DNA from: a virus
Taxonomy: Duplodnaviria > Caudoviricetes
Virus record (IMG/VR): IMGVR_UViG_3300032040_000015
Coordinates: 1-47,131 of that record
DNA length: 47,131 bases
Reading direction: 5' to 3' (one strand)
The notes under the pieces were generated by a model. It was not told the origin of the DNA. It made no database searches and saw only the letters and a list, made by a program, of their open reading frames with translations. Numbering within the stretch: the first letter of the stretch is position 1; each line of letters starts with the position of its first letter. Positions 28,412-37,216 of the stretch are shown piece after piece. Made by a program: the position numbers and the translations under genes.

Positions 28412-30040
28412 GTGACCACACTCGACGACACGATCATCACCGAAGCTGAAACCGTTGCAGAACAGCGCGCCGCGTTCCTGTCCGATCAGCTCGAAGCAGC
28501 CTCCAACACCATCGAGTTGCTCAGCGAATCCGCGGCAGCGATTGAACTGTCCCGCGAAGATGCTGGCTGGAACAGTTTCTTGGCCCAGGCAGAGATGGAC
28601 TTCAGCCGTGAAGGGTTGCGCCAGTCCGCCCAAATATGTCGGGCGCTGTCGATCGCGAACCCCATTTTCAAACGAGGCATCAGCCTGCGAACGTTCTACA
28701 TTTGGGGATCCGGGGTTCAGGTCGCTGCCCGAGCCAACGGTCGCAGCACCAAGAACCCTGACGAGCAGGATGTCAACGCTGTTGTTCAGGGTTTCATCGA
28801 CGGGGATGAGGCTAAGGCTGCGCTGTTCGGTGCAACCGCGAAGATCCGCAACGAACGGGCTCTCGCGAACGACGGGAACATTTTCACCGCCTTGTGGACG
28901 AACCGGGCCACCGGTGCTGTGCGTCCCCGCCTGATCCCTTTCGACCAGATCGCCCGGGTCATCTCGAACCCCGAAGACGCCAGCGAGCGGTGGTTCTTCT
29001 TGCGCCAGTACACAACCCAGATCCGTGAGACCGGCACCATCTCCGGCACTGAACGGTTGCGGACCGAGACTCGACGTGTGCTGTACCCGTCGATCGACTA
29101 CCGTCCGGGCAGCCGATCTGACACCTACGGTGGTCTGCCAATCGAGTGGGATGCCCCGATTGTCGAGATGCAGGTCAATGCTCTGGATACGTGGGACTTC
29201 GGTGTCGGGGATGCGTTCTCGGTTGTGCCCTGGTCTCGCGCTTATGCCGACTTCCTGACCGATTGGGCACGAATCGTCAAGGCGCTTTCGCGGTTCACGT
29301 TCAAGCAGACCAACCCGACCGGTCGTGCGGCCAAGTCCGCCGAACAGGCACACCGCAACGCCAACACGCTGGACGCCACTGTTCCACCGCCGAACAGTCG
29401 AGCCGGCGCCACCGCCCATTTGGGTGCCGGACAAAACTTGGAAGCGATCTCGAAGTCTGGCGCAACCATCGACGCCGACTCGGGTCGCCCTTTGGCCGCG
29501 ATGGTTGCCGCCGGCCTCGATGTCCCTGTCACGATGCTGCTGGGCGACCCCGGTGTTACGGGTGCCCGCGCGACCGCCGAAACGTTGGACTTTCCCACCG
29601 AACTGATGGCCGGCATGCGTCGCGACGAGTGGTCGGATTACCTTCGCCGGATCCTCGGATACGTCATAGACATGGCGGCCAAGGCGCCAGCGGGCCCCTT
29701 GCGACGGCGACGCGTGGTTCGCGACAACGCCACAGGCCGTGAGTACGTCGAACTGTTCGGCGACACCGACCGCACCATCGAGATCACCTGGCCCGACCTG
29801 TCCGAGATTCCGTTGAAGGACATGGTGACAGCGATCGTCGAAGCGGATGGCACCGACAAAATGCCGGAGGTCGAAATCCTCAAGCTGCTGCTCCACGCGT
29901 TCGGTGTCACCGACGTCGACGAAATCATCGAAAAGGCCACCGACGTCGATGGCAACTGGCTCGACCGTGCCACCACAGCGGGCCAGGCGGCAGTCGACGC
30001 GTTCCGGCGCGGCGAAAACCCCGCTGCGGCACTCGCCTGA
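28412..30040 (+). CDS. Portal protein
   Basis: 542 aa directly after TerL; GLDVP..MLLGDPG..G.RATAETLD. Confidence 0.85.
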   Translation: MTTLDDTIITEAETVAEQRAAFLSDQLEAASNTIELLSESAAAIELSREDAGWNSFLAQAEMDFSREGLRQSAQICRALSIANPIFKRGISLRTFYIWGSGVQVAARANGRSTKNPDEQDVNAVVQGFIDGDEAKAALFGATAKIRNERALANDGNIFTALWTNRATGAVRPRLIPFDQIARVISNPEDASERWFFLRQYTTQIRETGTISGTERLRTETRRVLYPSIDYRPGSRSDTYGGLPIEWDAPIVEMQVNALDTWDFGVGDAFSVVPWSRAYADFLTDWARIVKALSRFTFKQTNPTGRAAKSAEQAHRNANTLDATVPPPNSRAGATAHLGAGQNLEAISKSGATIDADSGRPLAAMVAAGLDVPVTMLLGDPGVTGARATAETLDFPTELMAGMRRDEWSDYLRRILGYVIDMAAKAPAGPLRRRRVVRDNATGREYVELFGDTDRTIEITWPDLSEIPLKDMVTAIVEADGTDKMPEVEILKLLLHAFGVTDVDEIIEKATDVDGNWLDRATTAGQAAVDAFRRGENPAAALA

Positions 30041-31065
30041 TGGCCTACAACAGCCAGAGCGACGGGATCGTCCGACAACTACAGGCGTCGTTGAGATTCA
30101 TTGCCGACGACCACACCCGTCAAGCCACAGCCACATTTGTGCGTGCCTGGGACGATATTGCGCCTGAGTTGTTGGCCACGCTCGACGAAATCGCCGCCGA
30201 TGGGGTCAAGCCGACCCGTCTGCAACTGGTGCGGTCTCGGCGCCTTGTGAACACGCTCGCGTTGATCGAGGACCGGTTGGCGGGTGCCGTTGACAAGTCA
30301 GCCAAGGCCGCGATCGACCAGCTGCACCTGATCGTCAACCAGGCCGGGCACACGACTGACCGACTCATCACGTCAATGCTTCCCCCTGGTGAGTCGGTTG
30401 CCGCGTGGACCCGGGTTGATGGTCGTCAGGTAGATGCGATTGTCTCGCGGACTGCGGACCGGATCACCAAGTTGTCTTACCCGTTGTCGGATGAGGCCAC
30501 TGCTGCGATGAAGCGTGAACTGGTTCGCGGGATGCTCATTGGGTCTAACCCGCGTGAAACCGCACGCCGCATGGTGGGCCGTACCGAGGGTGTCTTCAAC
30601 GGTGGGCTGTCCCGTGCTCTCACGATTGCCCGGACAGAGCAGCTCGATGCTCAGCGTGCGGCGGCGAAGATGGCTGAGGATGCCAACGCTGACGTTCTTG
30701 AGGACTGGGTGTGGACTGCAAACCTCGGCTCCCGCACGTGTCCAAGCTGCTGGGCGCAGCACGGAACCCATTACCCGCTTGAGGTGTCTGGGCCCGACGA
30801 CCATCAAAACGGGCGCTGTACCCGCGTACCCGGCACGAAGTCGTGGAAAGACCTCGGGTTCGACATCGAGGAGCCGCCGTCAATTCTGCCGAACAGCGAG
30901 GAGCGGTTCGCCGCACTTCCGGTTGAAGATCAGCGAACAGTACTTGGACCGGGACGATTCGAAGCGTGGAAGCGGGGCGATTTCCCCATGGATCAGTGGT
31001 CGGTTCGCCGCGAAAATCCGGGCTGGCGCGATTCCTATGTACCTGCCAGAGTCCCAACCGTCTAA
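30040..31065 (+). CDS. MuF-like minor capsid protein
   Basis: RALTIARTE, W.W......RTC.SC...HG, H.NGRC. Confidence 0.9.
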   Translation: MAYNSQSDGIVRQLQASLRFIADDHTRQATATFVRAWDDIAPELLATLDEIAADGVKPTRLQLVRSRRLVNTLALIEDRLAGAVDKSAKAAIDQLHLIVNQAGHTTDRLITSMLPPGESVAAWTRVDGRQVDAIVSRTADRITKLSYPLSDEATAAMKRELVRGMLIGSNPRETARRMVGRTEGVFNGGLSRALTIARTEQLDAQRAAAKMAEDANADVLEDWVWTANLGSRTCPSCWAQHGTHYPLEVSGPDDHQNGRCTRVPGTKSWKDLGFDIEEPPSILPNSEERFAALPVEDQRTVLGPGRFEAWKRGDFPMDQWSVRRENPGWRDSYVPARVPTV

Positions 31066-31271
31066 TACAGCCGCGGGTCGAGGCCCTTGGTGTTGGGAAA
31101 CCGGTCCACGTTCGACGGTTCGTAGAACACCGCCGGACACCATTTGCACCGGTTGACGATCGACATCCCGGTCACCCCGTTGCGCTCCACAATCTGGAAG
31201 TCCTCCGGGATCCACACGTGCTGCAGGCACCCATCGTCTAGGCCGCCCTCGTCGGCGTCGTCCTGTCCCAT
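31062..31271 (-). CDS. Small antisense-oriented Zn-ribbon protein (moron-like)
   Basis: MGQDDADEGG...CLQHVW...RCKWC; fills the gap between MuF and protease; TACGGT -10 box 6 nt upstream of ATG. Confidence 0.6.
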   Translation of the reverse strand: MGQDDADEGGLDDGCLQHVWIPEDFQIVERNGVTGMSIVNRCKWCPAVFYEPSNVDRFPNTKGLDPRLY

Positions 31272-31305
31272 CCGACCACCGTACCCACACCAGGAGGCGT
31301 TCGCC

Positions 31306-32556
31306 ATGGCGAAGCAGCAGACAATTCGTGAGACCGCAGCGCTGACCGCTGCTCCAGTTGGCGGCAAGCCGGGACGGCTGCTCGTCACTCTCATCACCCC
31401 CGGACAAGGCAGGTCCGGGTACTACTCTCCCGAGGTCCTCGAGGCGGCCGCCGCCGACGCCGTGTTCCCTGCCGGCACCCAGATGTACCTGGATCACCCG
31501 ACCGAGTCGGAGGTCTACGAGCGTCCTGAACGGTCCGTGAAGGACATCGGAGCAGTGCTCGCGGAGAACGCCCGCTGGGATGGTGGCGCTCTGGTCGCCG
31601 AGGCAGACACGTTCAGCCAGCACCGCGAGTTGCTCAGCGAGATGCAGGCCCATATCGGCGTATCCGTTCGCGCAGCCGCATCGGTCAGCGAGGCCAAGGG
31701 GGGCCCGATCATTGAGAAGTTGATCCCGAATGACGCCAACACCGCCGACTTTGTCACGAGGGCTGGCCGGGGTGGGTCATTCACGATCCTGGAGTCCGCT
31801 CGTCCTGGCCGGGTCAACGAACGCGCGCTCAAGCACGACAACGTCACCGAAGCCACCGTCAACGACCAGCGCGAAATACTCGACGCCCTGCTCAAGTCCG
31901 CCCACGGCGGCGACAAGACGTACGTGTGGTTGCGCGACTTCGACGACACGACGGCCTGGTTCGAGATCTCTACCGACGACAGCGAGAAGACGTTCGCCCA
32001 GTCGTACACCACTGGCGACAACGGGCTCGCCGACACCTTGACCGGTGAGCGGACTGAGGTCCGCCAGGTCACCACATATGTCCCTGCCGTCACGGCCGGG
32101 CAGTCCACCGAATCCCATCAAGGAGATGCCATGGGAACCATCACCATCGAGGAGTCGGCACTGTCCGAACTCCGAGAGACGGCCGGCCGGGTGACGGCGC
32201 TCGAAAGTGAGCGCGACACCGCGGTCAAGGAGCGGGACGAGGCGCAAGCCGAGACCGCCACCCTCGAGGAGGCCGCTGCTCAGGCGACCCGCACCACGGA
32301 CGCTGAGGCGCTCGTCGTCAAAGAGTCCAAGGACGCGGACATCGCGCTCACCAAGTTCGAGGTCAAGGGCATGGTCGCCGACCTGCCCATCAAGGAGGGC
32401 GCTCTCAATGTCGAGGCGTTCACCAAGACGGTCCAGGAGAACCTCACCGAGATGGCAGCCGACACCGGCCGCCCCCGCGGTTTCGGGTCCACCGTGTCCG
32501 AGGCCGGCACCGTCAGCGTCGACGACTTCGACGCCGAATTCACGAAGGAGGCCTGA
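31306..32556 (+). CDS. Capsid maturation protease / scaffold fusion
   Basis: I.PG.G.SGYY..EVL, MYLDH, IGVS, DFVT.AGRGG; acidic coiled C-terminus; AGGAGG RBS. Confidence 0.85.
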   Translation: MAKQQTIRETAALTAAPVGGKPGRLLVTLITPGQGRSGYYSPEVLEAAAADAVFPAGTQMYLDHPTESEVYERPERSVKDIGAVLAENARWDGGALVAEADTFSQHRELLSEMQAHIGVSVRAAASVSEAKGGPIIEKLIPNDANTADFVTRAGRGGSFTILESARPGRVNERALKHDNVTEATVNDQREILDALLKSAHGGDKTYVWLRDFDDTTAWFEISTDDSEKTFAQSYTTGDNGLADTLTGERTEVRQVTTYVPAVTAGQSTESHQGDAMGTITIEESALSELRETAGRVTALESERDTAVKERDEAQAETATLEEAAAQATRTTDAEALVVKESKDADIALTKFEVKGMVADLPIKEGALNVEAFTKTVQENLTEMAADTGRPRGFGSTVSEAGTVSVDDFDAEFTKEA

Positions 32557-32559
32557 GCG

Positions 32560-32919
32560 ATGAAGAACGAAATCATCCGCCCCGGCACCGAGTTGTCCCT
32601 GCCCGTCCCGTCTGGCGCACTGTCCGGCGAGCCCGTCCTGATCGGCGGACTTGTTGGCGTACTGGCCACTGACCGCGGCGCCGGCGGCAACACGGCCACC
32701 AACGCAACCGTGCTGCTCGACGGTCGCGTCTACAAGTTCGATGTGGGCGGCGTCATCAGTGACGTTGGCACACCGATCTACATCACGGCGGCACGTGCCC
32801 TCACGGTCACGCTCACCGGCAACGACCTGTTCGGGCACTCGGTGGCACACGCCGACGGCACGTACGCAACCAAGGCGACGGGTGTCGGTCCGGCACTCGT
32901 GAAGCCGCTGACGGTCTGA
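32560..32919 (+). CDS. Capsid decoration/cement protein (DUF2190-like)
   Basis: MKN.....SGEPV.IG.L.GV..TD. Confidence 0.8.
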   Translation: MKNEIIRPGTELSLPVPSGALSGEPVLIGGLVGVLATDRGAGGNTATNATVLLDGRVYKFDVGGVISDVGTPIYITAARALTVTLTGNDLFGHSVAHADGTYATKATGVGPALVKPLTV

Positions 32920-32929
32920 GGAGGCCAAA

Positions 32930-34063
32930 GTGACCAGCTCCATCATCACCGGAGAGTCGTTCGGACTCTCCCCAGACCTGACCATGGTCGGAGAGGGCCC
33001 GTCGGCACGCCGCGACCGGGTTCGCAACGACCCCAAGATGCGCGGCGTCGTGATCGAGGCCAAGCGTCTGCTCGAGCAGGCGTGGACGGGCAACCGTTCG
33101 GCCATGATCCGCGTCAACGAGGCCATCACCACGTCGGACCTGTTCAAGTCCGCCGCCGGTGAGGTCCTCGACAGGGAACTCCTCGCCCAGTACGAGGACA
33201 TCGAGACCCAGTGGACGAAGTTCGCGGCCCGCACATCGGTCAAGGACTTTAAGCGCAAGCAGCTCGTCGAGCTCACGCGCAACCGCCATGGTCTGCGTCG
33301 CGTCCCCGAGCACAGCAACTACCCGATCGCCAGCACGTCGGCCAACGAGCGTTTCATCTCGGTGGCCAAGTTTGGTGAGCAGTTCGGGTACTCGTTTGAG
33401 GCTCGGGTCAACGATGACATCGGTGAGTTGCAGCAGGTTCCCAACGGCTGGGCCACTCAGGCCCGGTACACCGAGGACGACGTCGCGCTCGAGCAGCTCG
33501 CCAACGTGACGACGGGTGCCCCGAACACGGCGTTCTTCAACGTTGGCAACGACAACCTGGGCACTGGTGTCTTGGATGCGGACAGCCTCCAGGCGGGCAT
33601 CACCAAGGTGTCTACCAAGCGGGACAAGGATGGTCGTCTGTTGCGGCCCGGCCGCCTCCAGTTGGTTGTCGGTCCGGCATTGCAGTTCACGGCTGAGCGG
33701 GTTATGAACACCACTGAGGTGCGTGTGGTGCTCGGCAACGGCGACACCGTCATCCAGCCCAACCCGTTCCGCGGGAAGGTTGAGTTGACGGTGTTGGAGA
33801 ACATGCCGGGCACCGCCTGGTACGTCATCCCGCTGCCGTCGGCGCCCCGTCCGGCGTTCTACGTCGCGTTCCTGCGTGGCTTCGAGACTCCGGACACCCG
33901 CTACAAGGCGGATCAGGGTCGGGCTCTCGGTGGCGGCGATATGGGTGCAGACGCGGGGTCGTTTGACGACGACACCATCTGGTACCGGACCCGGCACATC
34001 ACCGGTGCGGCACAAGGTGACCCGATGTTCACTTACGCCTCGGACGGCATCGTCGCGGCGTGA
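32930..34063 (+). CDS. Major capsid protein (Mu gpT-like)
   Basis: TTSD.F, W..FA....V.DFK, K.G.......EA..NDD, F..D....R.RH..G. Confidence 0.9.
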   Translation: MTSSIITGESFGLSPDLTMVGEGPSARRDRVRNDPKMRGVVIEAKRLLEQAWTGNRSAMIRVNEAITTSDLFKSAAGEVLDRELLAQYEDIETQWTKFAARTSVKDFKRKQLVELTRNRHGLRRVPEHSNYPIASTSANERFISVAKFGEQFGYSFEARVNDDIGELQQVPNGWATQARYTEDDVALEQLANVTTGAPNTAFFNVGNDNLGTGVLDADSLQAGITKVSTKRDKDGRLLRPGRLQLVVGPALQFTAERVMNTTEVRVVLGNGDTVIQPNPFRGKVELTVLENMPGTAWYVIPLPSAPRPAFYVAFLRGFETPDTRYKADQGRALGGGDMGADAGSFDDDTIWYRTRHITGAAQGDPMFTYASDGIVAA

Positions 34064-34067
34064 CCCC

Positions 34068-34117
34068 TGTCCAAGGGGCTCAGGTTCTTCACTGAGCCCC
34101 CTTGGACACCCCTTTTT
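34068..34117 (+). terminator. Intrinsic terminator after capsid gene
   Basis: TGTCCAAGGGGCTCAG/CTGAGCCCCCTTGGACA stem followed by TTTTT. Confidence 0.75.
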
Positions 34118-34139
34118 GATGCCTGAGGAGGCACACAGC

Positions 34140-34484
34140 ATGGCCAAGAACGACAAGCCCAAGTTCAAGATTTACGAGGATTCCGACTACGTCGAGGTGG
34201 CTCTCGACGGTGCGGACGAGCCGCTTTCCGATCGCGTTCCCAAGTCGTGGATCGGCACCGATCTGCTGCCCGATGGGGTCGTGGAATACAAGACGGGTTC
34301 GGCGTCGGCCGCCAAGGAGGACGAGCCGGTCAAGATCCCCGACGGTGACCCCTCCGACGGGTGGACGGTCAAGCAGTTGGACGCCTACGCCGAGCGGGAG
34401 AACATCGACCTGTCCTCGGCCGGGACCAAGAAAGACGAGCGCTTCGCCGCGATCGTCGAGGCCAAGACCGCACCTGCTGTCTGA
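34140..34484 (+). CDS. Hypothetical head-module protein (C-terminal HeH/Rho-N-like)
   Basis: GAGGAGG RBS; P...WTV.QL.AYA....IDL....KK. Confidence 0.75.
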   Translation: MAKNDKPKFKIYEDSDYVEVALDGADEPLSDRVPKSWIGTDLLPDGVVEYKTGSASAAKEDEPVKIPDGDPSDGWTVKQLDAYAERENIDLSSAGTKKDERFAAIVEAKTAPAV

Positions 34485-34690
34485 CGTCTGGCTTCCGGCC
34501 CGACCCAGAGGCGAATCCCTCTGGGTCGGGTCGGTGGCGGGGCGTCAGCAGCGTGAAGCGGTGCAAGAGACGCATTTCATAGAACGCGCTGAAGGTTCAA
34601 CCGGGGGTTCCGTGGCGGGTAACGCCGGGCTCGTTCTGCGCCCACCTTTCGGCCCCTGTCACGGCGGTTCCTGCGCCCCGCCACCACACC
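34481..34690 (+). ncRNA. Candidate structured non-coding RNA
   Basis: Dense nested helices and loop-loop complementarity in a 224-nt intergenic gap; family not recognised. Confidence 0.5.
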
Positions 34691-34708
34691 CCTTTGAGGA
34701 GAGCCGCC

Positions 34709-35080
34709 ATGCCTGACTCCACATACGTCGTCAGTACCCCCGTCGGGCAAACCAGGCTCCTCCTGAACGACGTGGCCACCCCGTGGGTGTTCACCGACGC
34801 CGAGATCACCGCGTTCCTTGAGATGGAGGGCGGCGTGGTCAAGTTGGCCGCCGCACAGGCGATCGACACGAATGCTGACAACGAAGCTTTGGCTTCGAAG
34901 GTGCTGCGTACACAGGATTTGCAGACCGATGGCGCGAAACTCGCCGACGCCCTGCATAAGCGTGCTGAGAACCTCCGCAACCAGCATTTCAACGATCTTG
35001 AAGGCGACGGGTACTTCGGTGTGGTTGAGGAGCCCGGTTACGGGTTCTATCGCCCCGAGCACAGCAACGGTTACCTCTGA
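34709..35080 (+). CDS. Head-to-tail adaptor
   Basis: GQTRLL..D......FTDAEI.AFL......V..AAA.A. Confidence 0.8.
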   Translation: MPDSTYVVSTPVGQTRLLLNDVATPWVFTDAEITAFLEMEGGVVKLAAAQAIDTNADNEALASKVLRTQDLQTDGAKLADALHKRAENLRNQHFNDLEGDGYFGVVEEPGYGFYRPEHSNGYL

Positions 35081-35538
35081 TGCCCCGCCCGACCCGCCAC
35101 CAAGGCCGACCAGGCACGACGGTCATCCCGGCGGATTGGTCCGCGTCGCACGCCGTGGTGGCGGCCAAGACGTTCACCGCCCCCGTAGAAGTGTTCGACC
35201 CGGCCGCCGGCACCGAACCAGCCCTACAAGCTGATTTCACCTACTCCGCCGGTGCCGTCGCGGCACCGATCTTCACGGGCTCTGCCCGTATTCAGGTCAT
35301 GAACGGTCAGGCCGCCGACATCCTCGGTGAGCAGCAGGTTCTGACGGCCCTGTATCTGGTCGTGGTTGATCGTGCTGCCGACATTCCTGTTGGGTCTCGT
35401 GTCCTCGTAGGCGACGGTGTTGACCCACTGTTGGACGGCCGTCACCTGATCGTCCGCAAAGCTGCCGGCGGTTCGTTGCGCTGGGAGCGGGACCTGTGGT
35501 GCGTCGATGACATGACGTACGAACCAGAAGGGGCCTGA
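35080..35538 (+). CDS. Head-to-tail stopper (DUF6093-like)
   Basis: Synteny; G.ARIQ...GSL..ERDL.C. Confidence 0.7.
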   Translation: MPRPTRHQGRPGTTVIPADWSASHAVVAAKTFTAPVEVFDPAAGTEPALQADFTYSAGAVAAPIFTGSARIQVMNGQAADILGEQQVLTALYLVVVDRAADIPVGSRVLVGDGVDPLLDGRHLIVRKAAGGSLRWERDLWCVDDMTYEPEGA

Positions 35539-35540
35539 AC

Positions 35541-35900
35541 GTGGCGTCTATCGAGTTCGACGGTTCAGAACTGAATTCGTTCTCCGCCTCGTTCCACGGA
35601 GTAGTCGACGAAGTCGCAGCCAAAGTGGTGTTGGCGACTCGCAAATCCGCGGCCGACATCAAACGCGACGCCATGATTCTCGCACCGTTCGACACCGGGT
35701 TCCTGAAGGGCTCCATCACCTACGACACAACCATCAGTGCGAATGCGATCGAGGCCGAGATCGGGCCGACCGCAGAATACGGAGTCTGGCTCGAAGAGGG
35801 GACTTCGACGATGGCTCCCCATGCGTTCATGGGGCCTGCGTTCGACCGAAACGAGGGCTACTACGCGCAGGCGTTGTCGTCGATCCTTGGGGACATCTGA
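35541..35900 (+). CDS. HK97 gp10-like neck protein
   Basis: APFDTG.L..SI, Y...LE.GTS.MAP..FM.PA. Confidence 0.9.
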   Translation: MASIEFDGSELNSFSASFHGVVDEVAAKVVLATRKSAADIKRDAMILAPFDTGFLKGSITYDTTISANAIEAEIGPTAEYGVWLEEGTSTMAPHAFMGPAFDRNEGYYAQALSSILGDI

Positions 35901-36337
35901 TGGCCACCGTGTCCCGGAAGGCGCTTGCCGCCCTGGTGCACACCAACCTGACCTCCATTACCGGCGTGACCTTGTACGAAGGCGAACCGTCCAAAACACC
36001 CCCCACGATCCCCGGCGACACTGCCGGTCGTGTCCGCCCCTACGTCATCGAATGGCCCGGAGCGGGAACCCACGACGACGAGGAAGACCTCGCAGCGGAC
36101 CACATCGGCCTGCTGTGGACATTCCAATTGTCATGCGTTGCGGGGAAGACCGCCGACCTGCTGCAGCTTGTCGATGCCGTCACCATCGGGTTTGAACGTT
36201 GGTCCCCCAGCGTCGGCGGGATCTCGCTCGGCCGATGCCGACAGCTCAACGACCCCGGCCCCCCACGACCGGACCGGTCCGTCACACCCACCAGGTACGT
36301 CCTGCCCCTGCAGTACGTGCTCCACGCCGGCACCTGA
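35900..36337 (+). CDS. Tail terminator protein
   Basis: Synteny; PYV..., FQL.CV. Confidence 0.7.
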   Translation: MATVSRKALAALVHTNLTSITGVTLYEGEPSKTPPTIPGDTAGRVRPYVIEWPGAGTHDDEEDLAADHIGLLWTFQLSCVAGKTADLLQLVDAVTIGFERWSPSVGGISLGRCRQLNDPGPPRPDRSVTPTRYVLPLQYVLHAGT

Positions 36338-36352
36338 CACAGGAGGAACCCC

Positions 36353-36604
36353 ATGGCCGACAACAACGGTTTCGTGACCGTCTACGTGAAGAACGGTCCG
36401 ACCAAGGGCACCAAGCAGCGCATCCCCAAGCACTGGTTGGGCGTGCCCTCGATCGCTAAGCAGTTCACCAAGACTCCCCGCCAGAAGAAGGCGGACGAGC
36501 AGCAGGTCACCCGCCCTGTTGAACCCGTGGCAACAACACCTGACGAGCGCGCAAACGCCGCCGTCGCCCCCGAGACCCCGGCCGCCGGGGAAAACAAGGA
36601 GTAA
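36353..36604 (+). CDS. Hypothetical protein
   Basis: AGGAGG RBS; G.K.RIP.HW. Confidence 0.7.
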   Translation: MADNNGFVTVYVKNGPTKGTKQRIPKHWLGVPSIAKQFTKTPRQKKADEQQVTRPVEPVATTPDERANAAVAPETPAAGENKE

Positions 36605-36606
36605 CA

Positions 36607-37128
36607 ATGCCTCGCTCACTCGCCGATGGTCGCACCAAGTTTTCAATTTTGACCACCAAGCCCCTTGATCCGGCTGCGCCGAACGTCACCGAGCTCAACG
36701 CCGGTATCGACGCATCCTGCAACGTCCTCACTTCGGACTTCCAGTTCGGCGCCGCTGCGTCGGACAAGGTCAACGAGGCCGCGCTGTGCACGTCGGACAA
36801 TGCCAACACGCCCACCCGGGGCAACAACCAGTCGGCTTTCACGTTCTTCCGCTACTTCGACGCGACCGGCGCCTCTGACCCCACTGAGGGCGATGAATCG
36901 TTCCAGACGATGAAGATCAAGGGCGTCACGGTGTGGGTCTATGCCCGCCGCACCACGAAGGACTCAATCGATGATTGGGCCGCGGACGACGAGATCTTCC
37001 ACGGCGCTGAGTTGGTCACCGATTCGGTGACGCCGCCGTCGGACATGGGCGGCTGGATTAAGTACAGGCAAGAGGCAGAAACTCAACAGGCTTGGCCGTT
37101 TATCACGGCCGTCGCCCCCCCCATCTAA
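36607..37128 (+). CDS. Major tail (tube) protein
   Basis: MPRSLADGRTK.......P...ELNAG.D.SC pattern; synteny. Confidence 0.88.
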   Translation: MPRSLADGRTKFSILTTKPLDPAAPNVTELNAGIDASCNVLTSDFQFGAAASDKVNEAALCTSDNANTPTRGNNQSAFTFFRYFDATGASDPTEGDESFQTMKIKGVTVWVYARRTTKDSIDDWAADDEIFHGAELVTDSVTPPSDMGGWIKYRQEAETQQAWPFITAVAPPI

Positions 37129-37216
37129 CCCCATGAACTCGGGAGGGTGTGCCGCCACGGGCGCGCCCTCCTGGGACTACCCCGACCCGTGGCAATACCC
37201 ACCCGTGGAGAACATC

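Noticed and set aside
30040-31065. MuF-fused polymorphic toxin
   Set aside because: Protein is 341 aa and ends shortly after the MuF domain with no toxin extension
28256-33318. Long antisense ORFs (e.g. 28256..29896, 31777..33318; similarly 1956..3197 and 38372..39829)
   Set aside because: Expected stop-poor reverse frames of high-GC genes; they overlap well-supported structural genes
34481-34700. tRNA, Y RNA, RNase P fragment or hammerhead ribozyme
   Set aside because: GGTTCAACC and GTGAAGCGGTGC give only superficial resemblance; no cloverleaf, no CUGANGA/GAAA core and no Ro60 gene recognised
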